From positions 192,001-256,000 of the forward strand of contig CAVVMW010000015.1 of the NCBI GenBank assembly GCA_963749495.1: a stretch of 64,000 bases of DNA, written 5' to 3'. The position numbers and the translations under genes were made by a program. This stretch comes from an uncultured bacterium (GTDB lineage: Bacteria; Verrucomicrobiota; Verrucomicrobiia; Limisphaerales; UBA8199). The first letter of the stretch is position 1. Each line of letters begins with the position of its first letter. Shown in pieces: positions 10,697-20,941 of the stretch. The notes under the pieces are model-generated. The model saw only the letters and a list, made by a program, of their open reading frames with translations. It had not been told where the DNA came from and did no database searches.

Positions 10697-12958
10697 ATGA
10701 GAATCATACTTGCCTTCATGAGGTCCAAACTCCATCGCGGATTCATCGCGCCGGCGATGCTGGCGCTTTCAACCTTCGGTTTTCAACTCTCGACGGCCCA
10801 GGCTCAAGGCACGGCGTTCACCTACCAGGGCCAACTCACCGCGAGCGGCGCTCCCGCCAGCGGGACCTACGATTTGAGTTTTGCGGTCTATGACGCCGCC
10901 AGTGCCGGCACTCTTGGCGGCACCCTGACCAACGCGGCCACACCCGTCACCGGCGGCCTGTTCATGGTGACGCTGGATTTCGGCGCCGGGATATTCGATG
11001 GCACGCCGCGCTGGCTGGAAATCGCGGCCCGCACCAACGGCAGCGGGGCATTCACCGTGCTGGCGCCGCGCCAGCCGCTCACGGCGGCGCCCTACGCCTT
11101 GTATGCGCCCAATGCCGGCAACGCCGCAACGGCGTCAACGGCAGCCACCGTGGGTCCCAACAGCGTTGCGCCCGCCCAACTCAACACGGCCGGCTTGCCC
11201 GCCAGCGGCCAGGTGCTCGCCTACAACGGGAGCGGCCTGGTCTGGACCAATCCCCCCGCTGGCTCCTCCTCCTCCGGCTGGTCGCTGACTGGCAACAGCG
11301 GCACGACACCGGGTCTTGATTTCCTGGGCACCACCGACAATCAACCGCTGGATTTGTGGGCCGGCAACTCGCGCGGGTTGCGGCTCCAATACGCCACCGC
11401 CGCCAGCAGCTTTCCCTCCCTGGAGTGGCATGAGTCGGGCGTGAACGTCATCGGCGGTTACGCCGCGAACTATATGCCGGGCAGCGTCGTCGGCGGCACC
11501 ATCGCCGGCGGCGGCTACAGGTATTGGGGCATTCTTTCCGGGTCCACCGACTACACCAATTCCGTGACCGACAGCTTCGGCACGGTGGGCGGCGGCTACG
11601 GCAACACGGCTGGCCCGGGCGCCACGGTCCCGGGCGGCTATAACAACATCGCCACGGGCGACGGCAGTTTTGCCGCCGGACGCAACGCGCAGACGACCAA
11701 CTCCGGCTCGTTCGTCTGGAGTGACGGGTCGCAAACGGCCACCAGTTCAGGGGTCAATTGTTTCGATGTTTGGGCTGCGGGCGGGGTGTTTTTTCATACC
11801 GGCAACAGCCTTTTAGCCGGCCTCAACGTTGACCCAAACAATCTGAACATTGGGAACGTCTATTCCAATGCCTTGACCTTTGGCACAGCCAGCGGTGAGG
11901 GCATCGCGTCCAAACGCAACGGCGCCAATGGTTCCTGGGACTTGGAGTTCTACACCGACTTCCAAAATCGGATGACCATTTCCCAAGATGGCAACGTGAA
12001 CGTCGGCAATCTAACGATCAGCGGCAATTTGAATCTGCCTGCCGCCGCCACCATTTCCTCGGGCGGCAACAGCCTTTTCGCCGGCCTGAGCATTGACCCA
12101 AACAATCTAAACGTAGGGAATGTCAAAGCCGATGCCTTGACCTTCGGCGGTGCGTCCAGCGGCGAAGGCATCGCCTCGGACCGCGGCGGCGCCGCTCCTA
12201 AATGGGACTTGGAATTCTACACCGACTACACCAATCGGATGACCATTGCCCAGGATGGCAATGTGGGCATCGGCACCACGAGCCCCACCGAAACCCTCGA
12301 AATCAACGGCACCAGCCGCATCGATGACAACGACCTGTACTTCCGCGCCGGGAGCAACCGCAATCACGGGATGGGTTATCGCGCGACGGTTTCGGCTACC
12401 GGGGTCGATGGTCCGTTCCTCTACGGCTGGAGCGGCGGCGCCCTGGGGACTCCGTCCCCGGAGTCCGTCGCGCTGCGGTGGGATCGCCAAGGCAATGTCG
12501 TGGTGCAAAACAACCTGTCGACGGCGACGCTGACGATTCGCGGCGGCGGGGACGTCGCAGAGCCGTTCCTGGTCACCGGCAGCCAGGTCGAGCCGGGCAC
12601 GGTCATGGTCATTGACGAGGCGAACCCGGGCCAACTCCGCCGCAGCACCCAGGCCTACGACACCCGCGTGGCGGGCATCATCAGCGGGGCGGGCGGGATC
12701 AAACCCGGGCTCTCGCTGCAGCAGGATGGCGTGCTGGATCAGGGCCAGAAGGTGGCCCTGAGTGGCCGGGTTTATGTGCTGGCGGACGCGAGCGCGGGCG
12801 CGATCAGGCCCGGCGACTTGCTCACGACCGCGGCAACGCCGGGTTGCGCGATGAAGGTGAGCGACCACGCGCGCGCCCAAGGCGCCATCCTGGGCAAAGC
12901 AATGACCGGTTTGAAGGAGGGCAAGGGCCTCGTGCTGGTGCTCGTCACCTTGCAGTAA
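10697..12958 (+). CDS. Secreted fibre/adhesin-like protein with C-terminal chaperone-like domain
   Basis: Signal peptide ending AQA, N-terminal AFTYQGQL...LDFG...RWLEI...PRQ...PYA domain, Gly/Asn-rich repeats, GNVGIGT, C-terminal DVAEPF...VAGIISGAGG...GRVYV...PGDLLTT...ILGKAM. Confidence 0.75.
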   Translation: MRIILAFMRSKLHRGFIAPAMLALSTFGFQLSTAQAQGTAFTYQGQLTASGAPASGTYDLSFAVYDAASAGTLGGTLTNAATPVTGGLFMVTLDFGAGIFDGTPRWLEIAARTNGSGAFTVLAPRQPLTAAPYALYAPNAGNAATASTAATVGPNSVAPAQLNTAGLPASGQVLAYNGSGLVWTNPPAGSSSSGWSLTGNSGTTPGLDFLGTTDNQPLDLWAGNSRGLRLQYATAASSFPSLEWHESGVNVIGGYAANYMPGSVVGGTIAGGGYRYWGILSGSTDYTNSVTDSFGTVGGGYGNTAGPGATVPGGYNNIATGDGSFAAGRNAQTTNSGSFVWSDGSQTATSSGVNCFDVWAAGGVFFHTGNSLLAGLNVDPNNLNIGNVYSNALTFGTASGEGIASKRNGANGSWDLEFYTDFQNRMTISQDGNVNVGNLTISGNLNLPAAATISSGGNSLFAGLSIDPNNLNVGNVKADALTFGGASSGEGIASDRGGAAPKWDLEFYTDYTNRMTIAQDGNVGIGTTSPTETLEINGTSRIDDNDLYFRAGSNRNHGMGYRATVSATGVDGPFLYGWSGGALGTPSPESVALRWDRQGNVVVQNNLSTATLTIRGGGDVAEPFLVTGSQVEPGTVMVIDEANPGQLRRSTQAYDTRVAGIISGAGGIKPGLSLQQDGVLDQGQKVALSGRVYVLADASAGAIRPGDLLTTAATPGCAMKVSDHARAQGAILGKAMTGLKEGKGLVLVLVTLQ
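11801..12273 (+). repeat. Internal duplicated module of about 70 aa in the fibre-like gene
   Basis: GNSLLAGLNVDPNNLN...WDLEFYTDFQNRMTISQDGNV from 11801 versus GNSLFAGLSIDPNNLN...WDLEFYTDYTNRMTIAQDGNV from 12065. Confidence 0.9.
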
Positions 12959-12976
12959 CTGGAAAGGAAGCGCTAT

Positions 12977-15671
12977 ATGCTTAGCATCGCACAATTAGCC
13001 AGCGTCGGGAGACGGCCGCGCCCACATCCCGGTACGGCCCCTATTTGGCGGGGCACAGCAGTTCGCAGCGCAGGTTTCCAAACCTGCTGTGTTGCCGACT
13101 TCCAAGCCGGCAAGACGCCGCAAATGGCAGCGCCTGCGGGTTTGGAAACCCGCGATACAGTCCCGATTGGGCATCGGGACGCTGCGGGGCCGGCATCCGG
13201 AGGCGCCGGAGGGCCAGTGGCACTGATTCTGTTGCTTTGCCTCGGCTGTCTTTTCCTCGATGGTCTTGCTCCTCGGAGCAGCGCCCAGTGCTCTCCGGAC
13301 CCCCAGTGGAAACAGATCGGTCCATCTCCCCTTGCAGGAATTTCCGATGACCTCCAGGATGATTCGGGTCTGGTCCGGGATATCGCCATCGATCCGCGCG
13401 GCACGAGCGACCAAACCATCTACATCGCTACCGACAACGGCGGCATTTGGAAGACCACGGATGCAGGCGCTACCTGGGCGCCAAAGACTGACTTCATGCC
13501 CTCGCTGAACATGGGCGCCGTGGCCCTCGATCCGGGCAACCCGTCCATCGTCTATGCCGGAACCGGCAACTTCCAGACTGCCGGCTTTCAGAACGGCGTT
13601 GGCATTTATAAATCCAAGGACGGAGGAGACAACTGGACTGTCGCCCCTGGCAACTACTTTCTCACAAACTTTCCCGCCGGTGATTCCACGTGCATCAATC
13701 GCATCGTGCTCCCCGCCCCGGGGGTGCTGCTCGTCGCCACTATTACTCGAGAGCCCGGAAACTACATTTGGGGAGGGGTGTACAAATCGGTTGACGGAGG
13801 GGACCATGTCGGAAACAACGTGCCGAATTTCGATAATGGCAATCCGGTTCTAGCTGGGGCAATATGGCAAGTCGCCGTGGACACGGCGGACCCGTCGGTC
13901 GTGTACGCCTCCTCCACGGAAGTTGGCATTTACAAGTCCAGCGATCAAGGCACCACTTTCCCGGATAACCTGTTCAGCTCCGGCAACGGCGCCTTCAAGG
14001 CCAACGATGGCAGCACTACCACTGTCGGGTACATAGCCTTCGCGCAATCCACTCAGCCGGACAACCAGACGATCTACGCCAATGTGTCATTACGCTCCGG
14101 CGGCCCGCCGATGACGAACTCCGACGGGACAGTTCATCCCGGTTCGTCAGCCATGCTAAAATCCAGCAACCGGGGCGCAACCTGGACTTATGTCACTCTG
14201 AACGGTGACATAAGACCCAGTTACCAGGACGGGTACGACCTGACGATTGGAGTCGATCCACAGGACAAGAACCGCGTGTACCTCGGGATGCGGGCCTTGT
14301 TTATGGCGACGGACGGCGGCGCGGCCGGGTTGGGCAATGCGAATCGTATTGATCTCCACAAGGTCCACGCGGACCAACACGCCTTGGTGTTCAGCCCGCC
14401 GAGCCATCGCGCGGGACGCCCTACACGTTTCTACAACGGAACCGACGGCGGCATCGCTACCAACCCGGACGGAGGCGTCAATCATTGGACACTGCTCAAC
14501 GGCAGCACGAGTTGCACGGGGCCAAACACGGCCCTGGCCACCATCCTCTTTCGGCAGATTGACATCGGGCGTGGCAGCACATTGGCCAATGAATATACCT
14601 ACGGCGCATCCCAGGACAATGGGCAAAGTTTCCGTCAGCTCAACTGTCCGGGCACACCTTGGCACTACTCGGGTGGGGGAGACGGCAACACGGTGGCGGT
14701 AGATCCTCGCGATCCCACCCACGCGATTGGTGATGATGATGGAGGTTTCATGGAAGCAAAGGCTGGCGGGGAGTTCGGGTCCCCTGACAGCGGCCTTCCT
14801 GCGGCCGTGGCGCAGCTCTATTTCGATCCGAATGGAGGAACCGCGTACGCTCTTCTCGGCTGGGATTCGAACCACCCCAACCATCAAAATGAAATCTATC
14901 GGAGGGGGGCCAACGCAACGAGTTTCTCCCTGATGCACGCCTTCACGCCTGCCACTAGCGCGCTCACGACGATTAACATGGTTGCGCTGGATTCCAACAC
15001 CATCTGGGTGGGTCTGGACGATGGAAGGGTGTGGCACACCAGCGGCGCCAATCAGGGCACGGCGGCAGCTTGGAAAAGTTCTCTCGCGCCAGGCATGGCA
15101 GGCACGTCGGTCAGTGGAATTGCCATCGACCCCGCCAACACCGCTGGCGCCGTGGTTGTTTTCTCCTCGGGGCAAGCGTTCCAGACGACTGACAACGGGA
15201 CGACCTGGAAGGATATTTCCGCGAACCTGCCCGGCCTGCCAATCCATGCGGTGGTGATCGATCCCAATACGTCTCCCCACTCCATCATCGTCGCCACGGA
15301 CACGGGGGTGATGCGGACAGCGCACGTGGGTGACACCTGGGAGACACTCGGCTGGGGTCTTCCGACCGTTCAGTGCACCTCGCTGGCCATGGACTTCGAG
15401 CGCCACTCCTTCGCTTTTGCGCGTCGGGACTTACGGCCGCAGCGCCTTCGAACTGGCTTACGACCGGAAATACGTGAGTTGGTTGACCGGGCTCATTCAG
15501 ATTGGCACGCGCGAGTTTCCTTTCGGGGGACTCACGCCGGCCCTGAACGCTCCCGCGACCGGCGACTCGAGATACCTCATTCTCGAGACGGGGACTTATC
15601 GCCAATCCCCCATCACCATCACGCAATGCTGCACCCTGACCGCAGCCGGCGGCCCGGCCACCATCCAGTGA
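12977..15671 (+). CDS. Secreted BNR/Asp-box beta-propeller protein; frameshift near 15397
   Basis: Repeated Asp-boxes (KTTDAGATW, KSKDGGDNW, SSNRGATW, TTDNGTTW), HADQH, GTDGG, GGGDG; terminal LLRVGTYGRSAFEL lies in frame 15330..15671; start uncertain. Confidence 0.8.
13064..13180. repeat. REP-like multi-hairpin element within the 5' end of the propeller ORF
   Basis: Hairpins GCAGGTTTCCAAACCTGC, TTGCCGACTTCCAAGCCGGCAA, GCGGGTTTGGAAACCCGC, GTCCCGATTGGGCATCGGGAC. Confidence 0.75.
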
Positions 15672-15697
15672 GTGTGGAGTTCGATCAGGTCGCGCAG

Positions 15698-15766
15698 AGG
15701 AGCGCGGACGCCTCGTCCGCGCGTCCCCGGCGGCAAGAGACACGCGGACGAGGCGTCCGCGCTCCT
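15698..15766. repeat. REP doublet, same family as 34035-34109
   Basis: AGGAGCGCGGACGCCTCGTCCGCG ... CGCGGACGAGGCGTCCGCGCTCCT inverted arms, each itself palindromic. Confidence 0.85.
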
Positions 15767-15825
15767 ATGCCGCGGCGCTTTGCGCAGCGAGCTGAACAGT
15801 TGCGTTAAATCAACCCGAAATATTT

Positions 15826-17022
15826 ATGAAGACCTTGAAACCAAACATCCTTCTCACACTGGCTCTGTGGGCCCTTACGACCGCCACCCACGCGCAGAAT
15901 TATTCCATTGACTGGCATAAGATCGCCGGCGGCGGCGGCACGAGCACCGGCGGCGTCTATTCGGTCGCCGGCACCATCGGCCAGCCGGACGCCGGCGGTG
16001 CGATGGCCGGGGGCGGTCACTCTCTGACCGGCGGCTTCTGGAGCATGGTTGCCGCCGTGCCCACCGCCACACCCATCGTCACCTGGACCAATCCTGCGCC
16101 TTTCACTTACGGCGCCGCCCTGAGTGCCGTGCAATTGAACGCCACTGCCAGCGTGCCCGGGACCGAGGTGTACAGCCCGCCCGCGGGAACCGTGCTTGCC
16201 GCCGGAACCAATGCCCTTTCACTGGTGTTCTGGCCCGCCGATGCCACCGACTACAACAGCCTGACCACCAGCGTCACCCTGGTTGTCCTGCCGGCGCCGC
16301 TCACCGTCACGGCCAATGATGCCGCCCGGCCTTATGGCGCTGGCAACCCGCCCTTCACCGGCACGATTACCGCCATCCAAAACGGCGACGCTATCAGCGC
16401 GACTTACAGTTGCAGCGCCACCACCGCCGCTGCGCCGGGCACTTACCCAATCCTCCCGACCCTGGTCGGCCCGAAGAGCCTGCTAGCCAATTACCAGGTC
16501 ACGCTCGTCAACGGCACGTTGACCGTGACCCCGGGCGCCCCGCCGGCCATTGTCAGTGTTACGCCGTCCACCGGGCCAACCAATGGCGGCACCACGGTGA
16601 CCATTCTCGGCACCGGCTTCGAGAGCGGCGCCACCGTCAACTTTGGCGCCCTGCCCGCAGGCCCAGTGGTGGTCATCAACTCGACGAACCTTACGGCGGT
16701 CACGCCACCGTCGGTCCCGGGCGCGGTGCTCGTCGTGGTCACCAACGCCGACGGGCAGAGCACTACCTTGACCAACGGCTTCACCTACGTTGCTCCGTCA
16801 GGCGCGCCCCCGGTGTTCCGGGCGGTGACGCACACCGCTGGCACGGTCACTCTCGTCTGGAGCGCGACGGCAGGGCAAACGTATCAAGTGCAGTACAAGA
16901 CGAATTGGTTTCAACCGGATTGGGCCATTTTGGCCACCGTCACCGCCACCAATTCCACCGCGACCGTGTCCGATGCCCTGACTTCCGCCCAGCGTTTTTA
17001 TAGGGCTGTGTGGTTGCCATGA
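15826..17022 (+). CDS. Secreted protein with MBG-like and IPT/TIG Ig domains
   Basis: Signal peptide; YSIDWHKIAGGGGTSTGG...GTIGQPDAG...LTGGFW; LTVTANDAARPYG (MBG); SVTPSTGPTNGGTTVTILGTGF (IPT); C-terminal YQVQY...QRFYRA. Confidence 0.85.
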   Translation: MKTLKPNILLTLALWALTTATHAQNYSIDWHKIAGGGGTSTGGVYSVAGTIGQPDAGGAMAGGGHSLTGGFWSMVAAVPTATPIVTWTNPAPFTYGAALSAVQLNATASVPGTEVYSPPAGTVLAAGTNALSLVFWPADATDYNSLTTSVTLVVLPAPLTVTANDAARPYGAGNPPFTGTITAIQNGDAISATYSCSATTAAAPGTYPILPTLVGPKSLLANYQVTLVNGTLTVTPGAPPAIVSVTPSTGPTNGGTTVTILGTGFESGATVNFGALPAGPVVVINSTNLTAVTPPSVPGAVLVVVTNADGQSTTLTNGFTYVAPSGAPPVFRAVTHTAGTVTLVWSATAGQTYQVQYKTNWFQPDWAILATVTATNSTATVSDALTSAQRFYRAVWLP

Positions 17023-17058
17023 ACGGCACTCCCATGGCGGAGTCTTCGACCATAGCCC

Positions 17059-17904
17059 TCAACGAGGGTTGGAAAGAGGCGGCCTCTGATCCAGAGGCTT
17101 GTACCACATCCAGTCCCCGGTCGCCTCGTAGGGACAGTAGGGATTCGCGCAAAGCGCCTGCGTGAAATTGTGGACTTTGGCGTGGCCGTCCATAAACAGG
17201 ATCGGCGAGAAGAACAAACCGGGGGCCAGGCGCGGATCCAGGAAGCGGCTCAGGACGCGGCTGCGGTGCCACTGGTACCAATGCGGCGGAAAAAGCGGAG
17301 GCACGTGGTGGCAGACCTGCACCGCGGCGGGCGGTTCGTAAAACAGGATGAACCGCACCGGGTAGGGGACCCAGGCCGCGACCTGGCCCTCGATGCTCCC
17401 CGCCACGGGCAGGCGCGTGGAAGGGAGCGGTATTCCGTCGGGCGTGCCCATGTTCATCTCGTAGCTGAACCCGCGCGTCTCCCAGCAGGAGGGCAGCAAC
17501 GTTTGCTTAGGGTGGAGATGGCAGTCCTGGCTGATCTTCCCTTTGTCCACCGGGCAACGGAACACCTCGGAGGTCCTCAGATAGGGGAAGAGATTCCGGT
17601 CGCGCGCCCAGCCGTAATTGGTCACCAGGCACGGGGTCACAGGATCGCGCCCGCCCGAGACATAAGTCATCTTCCCCCCCGCATCATCCCAGAGCATCTT
17701 GGTCGATAACCCAATTTGGTGCAGGTTATTGAGGCACTGGACCTCCCGCGCCCGTTCTTTGCCGCGGACCAGCGAGGGAAGCAACATGCTGGCCAGGATC
17801 GAGATGATGGCCGTGACCACCAGCAATTCAATCAGCGTAAAGGCCCCGTCGCCCCCTCCATCGGCGCGTGGCGCCGCGCCCACTGGCCCGGAACCCGCCC
17901 CCAT
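17059..17904 (-). CDS. Prepilin-type N-terminal methylation domain protein (H-X9-DG C-terminus)
   Basis: [10 protein letters not shown]...[32 protein letters not shown]; start uncertain. Confidence 0.85.
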   Translation of the reverse strand: MGAGSGPVGAAPRADGGGDGAFTLIELLVVTAIISILASMLLPSLVRGKERAREVQCLNNLHQIGLSTKMLWDDAGGKMTYVSGGRDPVTPCLVTNYGWARDRNLFPYLRTSEVFRCPVDKGKISQDCHLHPKQTLLPSCWETRGFSYEMNMGTPDGIPLPSTRLPVAGSIEGQVAAWVPYPVRFILFYEPPAAVQVCHHVPPLFPPHWYQWHRSRVLSRFLDPRLAPGLFFSPILFMDGHAKVHNFTQALCANPYCPYEATGDWMWYKPLDQRPPLSNPR

Positions 17905-18066
17905 ACTGCCGCCGGCCCGACCCTCCCGGAGGCGCCGACCCTCCGGCGCGCCGCGGCACGGATTGCTCCCACCGCAAGGTTGAGCCTTCCCCTCGCCAGG
18001 CGCCAGTGCAAAAACAGGTACCGGGATTGAGGCGCAATTCCAGCATTCTGGAGCTGGCGACACGAA

Positions 18067-18159
18067 AGCGGCGGGATGCGCCGCACTCCAAACGCTTCGC
18101 TAGGAAGGGAGGCGCGGCCGACATCACCAAGCGTCTGGAGTGCGCGGCATTCCCGCGCT
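18067..18159. repeat. REP-like inverted repeat
   Basis: GCACTCCAAACGCTT ... AAGCGTCTGGAGTGC arms; related half copy near 62065-62103. Confidence 0.7.
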
Positions 18160-18303
18160 CTGGCTCAGCCTCCGGAGAAGAAAACCGGAATTAATTGTTG
18201 CACGGACCCTAGGGGGCGGCCCCGGCGGCTTCTGAGGCGTAGCCTCGGCGGCTATCGCCCCAGAGTCCTTGAATTTCAAAACGTGATGCAGACAGGTCAC
18301 TTT

Positions 18304-18355
18304 TGTGGCACGGGCATCCTGCCCGGGGGCCCTTGGGCAAGATGCCCAAACCACA
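18304..18355. repeat. REP-like hairpin
   Basis: GGGCATCCTGCCC ... GGGCAAGATGCCC flanked by TGTGG/CCACA. Confidence 0.65.
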
Positions 18356-18662
18356 GTCTGAGGCCCTGCCTCGCCAGGCAAATCTCCAACTACTATGATA
18401 GACGTTCTCATTCGATCTCGCTGCTGTCGTCCGCGCGCTCACTGCGGCCCGTGCGACTTTGCGCCGTCGGTGAACCTCTTACCTCATTTGCCCGGACCTT
18501 GTCTGTCAGGAACTGCGCATCATGGACTATCGTGCATGCAGCCTCGAGTTTCGTGGTTTTCCTCCCGCGGGCGATTTGCTATCTTGACCACAACGGCTCT
18601 CAATTCAACCCGAACTCTGATCGCCATGCCGGGCAAACCTGACACCGGAGTATGAGAAAGCT

Positions 18663-18950
18663 ATGAGCCACGAAGTTCTGAATCGTATTCGCGCGCGGCT
18701 GGCCGAAGCCGGCGTGAGTTACCGGGAAATCGAGCACGCGCCGACCCGCACGTCGGAGGAATCGGCGCGGGCGCGCGGCGAACCGCTGTCGGCGGGCGCG
18801 AAGGCGTTGTTGCTGCGGGTGGGGGACACGTTCCGGCTGTTCGTGCTGCCGGCACATCGCAAGCTGGATTCCGCCGCCGTCAAACGATATTTCGGCACGA
18901 AGTCGCTCCGTTTTGCGACCTCGGAAGAGCTGCTGGCGTTGACCGGCCTG
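18663..18950 (+). pseudogene. YbaK/ProX aminoacyl-tRNA editing domain, 3' truncated
   Basis: EHAPTRTSEESARARG...GAKALL...LRFATSEELLALTGL stops just before the expected GxVPPFG motif, where a tandem repeat begins. Confidence 0.8.
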
Positions 18951-18998
18951 GGGAAGTGGGAAATCGGGGTCACAGGGAAGTGGGAAATCGGGGTCACA
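18951..18998 (+). repeat. Perfect 24-bp tandem duplication ending in GGGGTCACA
   Basis: GGGAAGTGGGAAATCGGGGTCACA x2. Confidence 0.95.
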
Positions 18999-19254
18999 TC
19001 TATACTTTCTTACAATGAGAGTCCGGCTCACCAAATATTCCCCATGGACATCCGAGGGACGGGTGCCGGGCGGCGCTTTCTTGATTGACCTTGCGCAGCG
19101 GAGGCGGTTTCACCCGCGCAGCTTCAAAAACCGGCGGCGCGGCAAAAACCACGTTCCTTGCAGTTCAGTCTCGGGGCGGGTGGTTGGGGTGCGGTGCGTG
19201 ATAGCGGTCGAGCATGGGGCAGAATCCGGACTCATCCGCAGCGGCAGAACGAGA

Positions 19255-19475
19255 TGCGTCGGGTGCGTCGCGTAGCAACGCGGTGAAGGTAGCCGTGGAC
19301 CTGGGTCCACGGTTCGGGGCGTCGGAAGAAGCTCGCGTCGCGTAGCGACGCCTGACGGTTTGGCGCTGGCAGATCGGCTTCCGTCTTCAGGCGTCGCTAC
19401 GCGACGCGGACGAGCTTGGGCCATGGGTCCGTGGACTGGAAGTCCACGGCTACCATCGGCAACCGCTACGCGGTG
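19255..19475. repeat. REP-like palindrome cluster
   Basis: GCGTCGCGTAGCGACGC / GCGTCGCTACGCGACGC and GGTAGCCGTGGAC / GTCCACGGCTACC nested inverted repeats. Confidence 0.8.
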
Positions 19476-19583
19476 ATGAAAGGCGACGAAGTGGAAATCC
19501 GCAAGCGAAAGCACGAAACCCGGAACTGGCAGAAAGATGCTCTGGCAGAAAAATGGTTTGTTCCCATTTTTTGCCATTTCATC

Positions 19584-19817
19584 TCACCCGCGCAGCGTCA
19601 ATACCCGGCGGCGCAGCAAAAACCAAATTCCTTTCAGTTCGTATTCGTCGAACGGGTTGCGCACTCGGCCGTCATACCGGTCGCGGCAGGCGCGCACGAT
19701 GTCGAGCCCCTCCGGCACGCGGCCCAGCCGCATCAGGTGCGAGGTCGCTGCGCCGGCCATGGCCAGGGCCGCCGCCAGCAGGGCGGCAAAATAAATAGGC
19801 TTCTCGGTCGGCTTCAT
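19584..19817 (-). pseudogene. Collapsed glycoside hydrolase remnant (signal peptide joined to a GH116-like C-terminal piece)
   Basis: MKPTEKPIYFAALLAAALAMAGAA followed directly by GLDIVRACRDRYDGRVRNPFDEYE. Confidence 0.55.
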
Positions 19818-19983
19818 GCCCGCCATTCTGCCGCACCACCCCTCCGCGTCAAGGCGAGCCGGATTCCTGGGTTCCGGACGGGCGCAATTCGTGGTTGTGC
19901 TCCCGCGCGGGCTCGGACATAACTTCCCCCACGTTGCCGAAGGTCTGTTTGCCATCTGTCAACGGCATCGAAGCGTTAATGAC

Positions 19984-20336
19984 ATGAGAACTAACAAGGA
20001 ACCCATTGCCGCGCCGTGCTCACGGCGGAGCTTCCTCCGCAGCACGGGCCTGCTGGCCGCCGGCGCCGCCCTCGGCGGGCCGGCGGTCGTCCCCGATACC
20101 GTTTTTGGCGCAAACGCGCCAGGCAACCGCATCACCATGGCCTTCATCGGCGTGGGCCGGCAGACCTTCGGCTCGAACATCCCGGAGTTCATGGCCGTGC
20201 CCGGCGTTCAGGTCGTGGCGGTTTGCGACGTGGACGCGTGGCGGTTGGGCGAGGCGAAAAAGCTCGTCGAAACCTCCTACGCCAAACAAGCGCCGAGCGG
20301 GAACTATGCCGGCTGCGCCGCCTACAGGGATTTCCT
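19984..20336 (+). pseudogene. Tat-exported Gfo/Idh/MocA oxidoreductase, N-terminal fragment
   Basis: SRRSFLR, RITMAFIGVG, VAVCDVD, AYRDF, then similarity ends. Confidence 0.8.
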
Positions 20337-20941
20337 TATGATGCCTGGCTCGGACCAGCGCCCAAAGCGCCCGACACGCTCAACCGGGTCCACCCGCGTC
20401 ACGACCTCAAGGGCCGGCCTGGCTGGATGCGGCGGCGGGAGTACTGCGAGGGCCTGATCACCAACTGGGGAACCGGAGTCATCACCCGCCTGGAGGACAA
20501 CGCCTCGGGCATCGTCCTGGAGCCGCCGCGAGCATTGGCCGAGAGTTTCAGGCTCGTCCTGCTCAAGCCCGATAAAACCCAAGCCACCATCATGGGCAAG
20601 GACCAAAAGCCCTCGCGATTCGAGCGCAACGAAGGCTGGCTATCACTGCACTGGGACGGTCCCCTCCGCGACACCGCCCGGGTGGAACAGCCATCCGATT
20701 GACATGGCCGGGCTAGTTCTGGCTGCCCGCCGGGCTTGCCCTCGCGCCAAGGGGTTCACGCGGGCTGGCGGCAAATCACACGTGAAGGTCTGTCTCCAAT
20801 TGGAGACGTTTTGCCGGACCTCCCGCCGGCCCAGGCCCGCGCCCGAGCCTCCATCGAATTGCTGAGGAAGGCGCCGACGACGCCCTGAGCGGCCTAAACG
20901 GTCACTTGCCTTGCGGCTTCGTAGAGTGCTAAATATCGCGC

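Noticed and set aside
10697..12958. Prophage tail-fibre locus
   Set aside because: The protein has a signal peptide and no capsid, terminase, tail or integrase genes are nearby
18951..18998. Possible CRISPR repeats (also 28173-28218)
   Set aside because: Only two adjacent copies, no spacers, no cas genes
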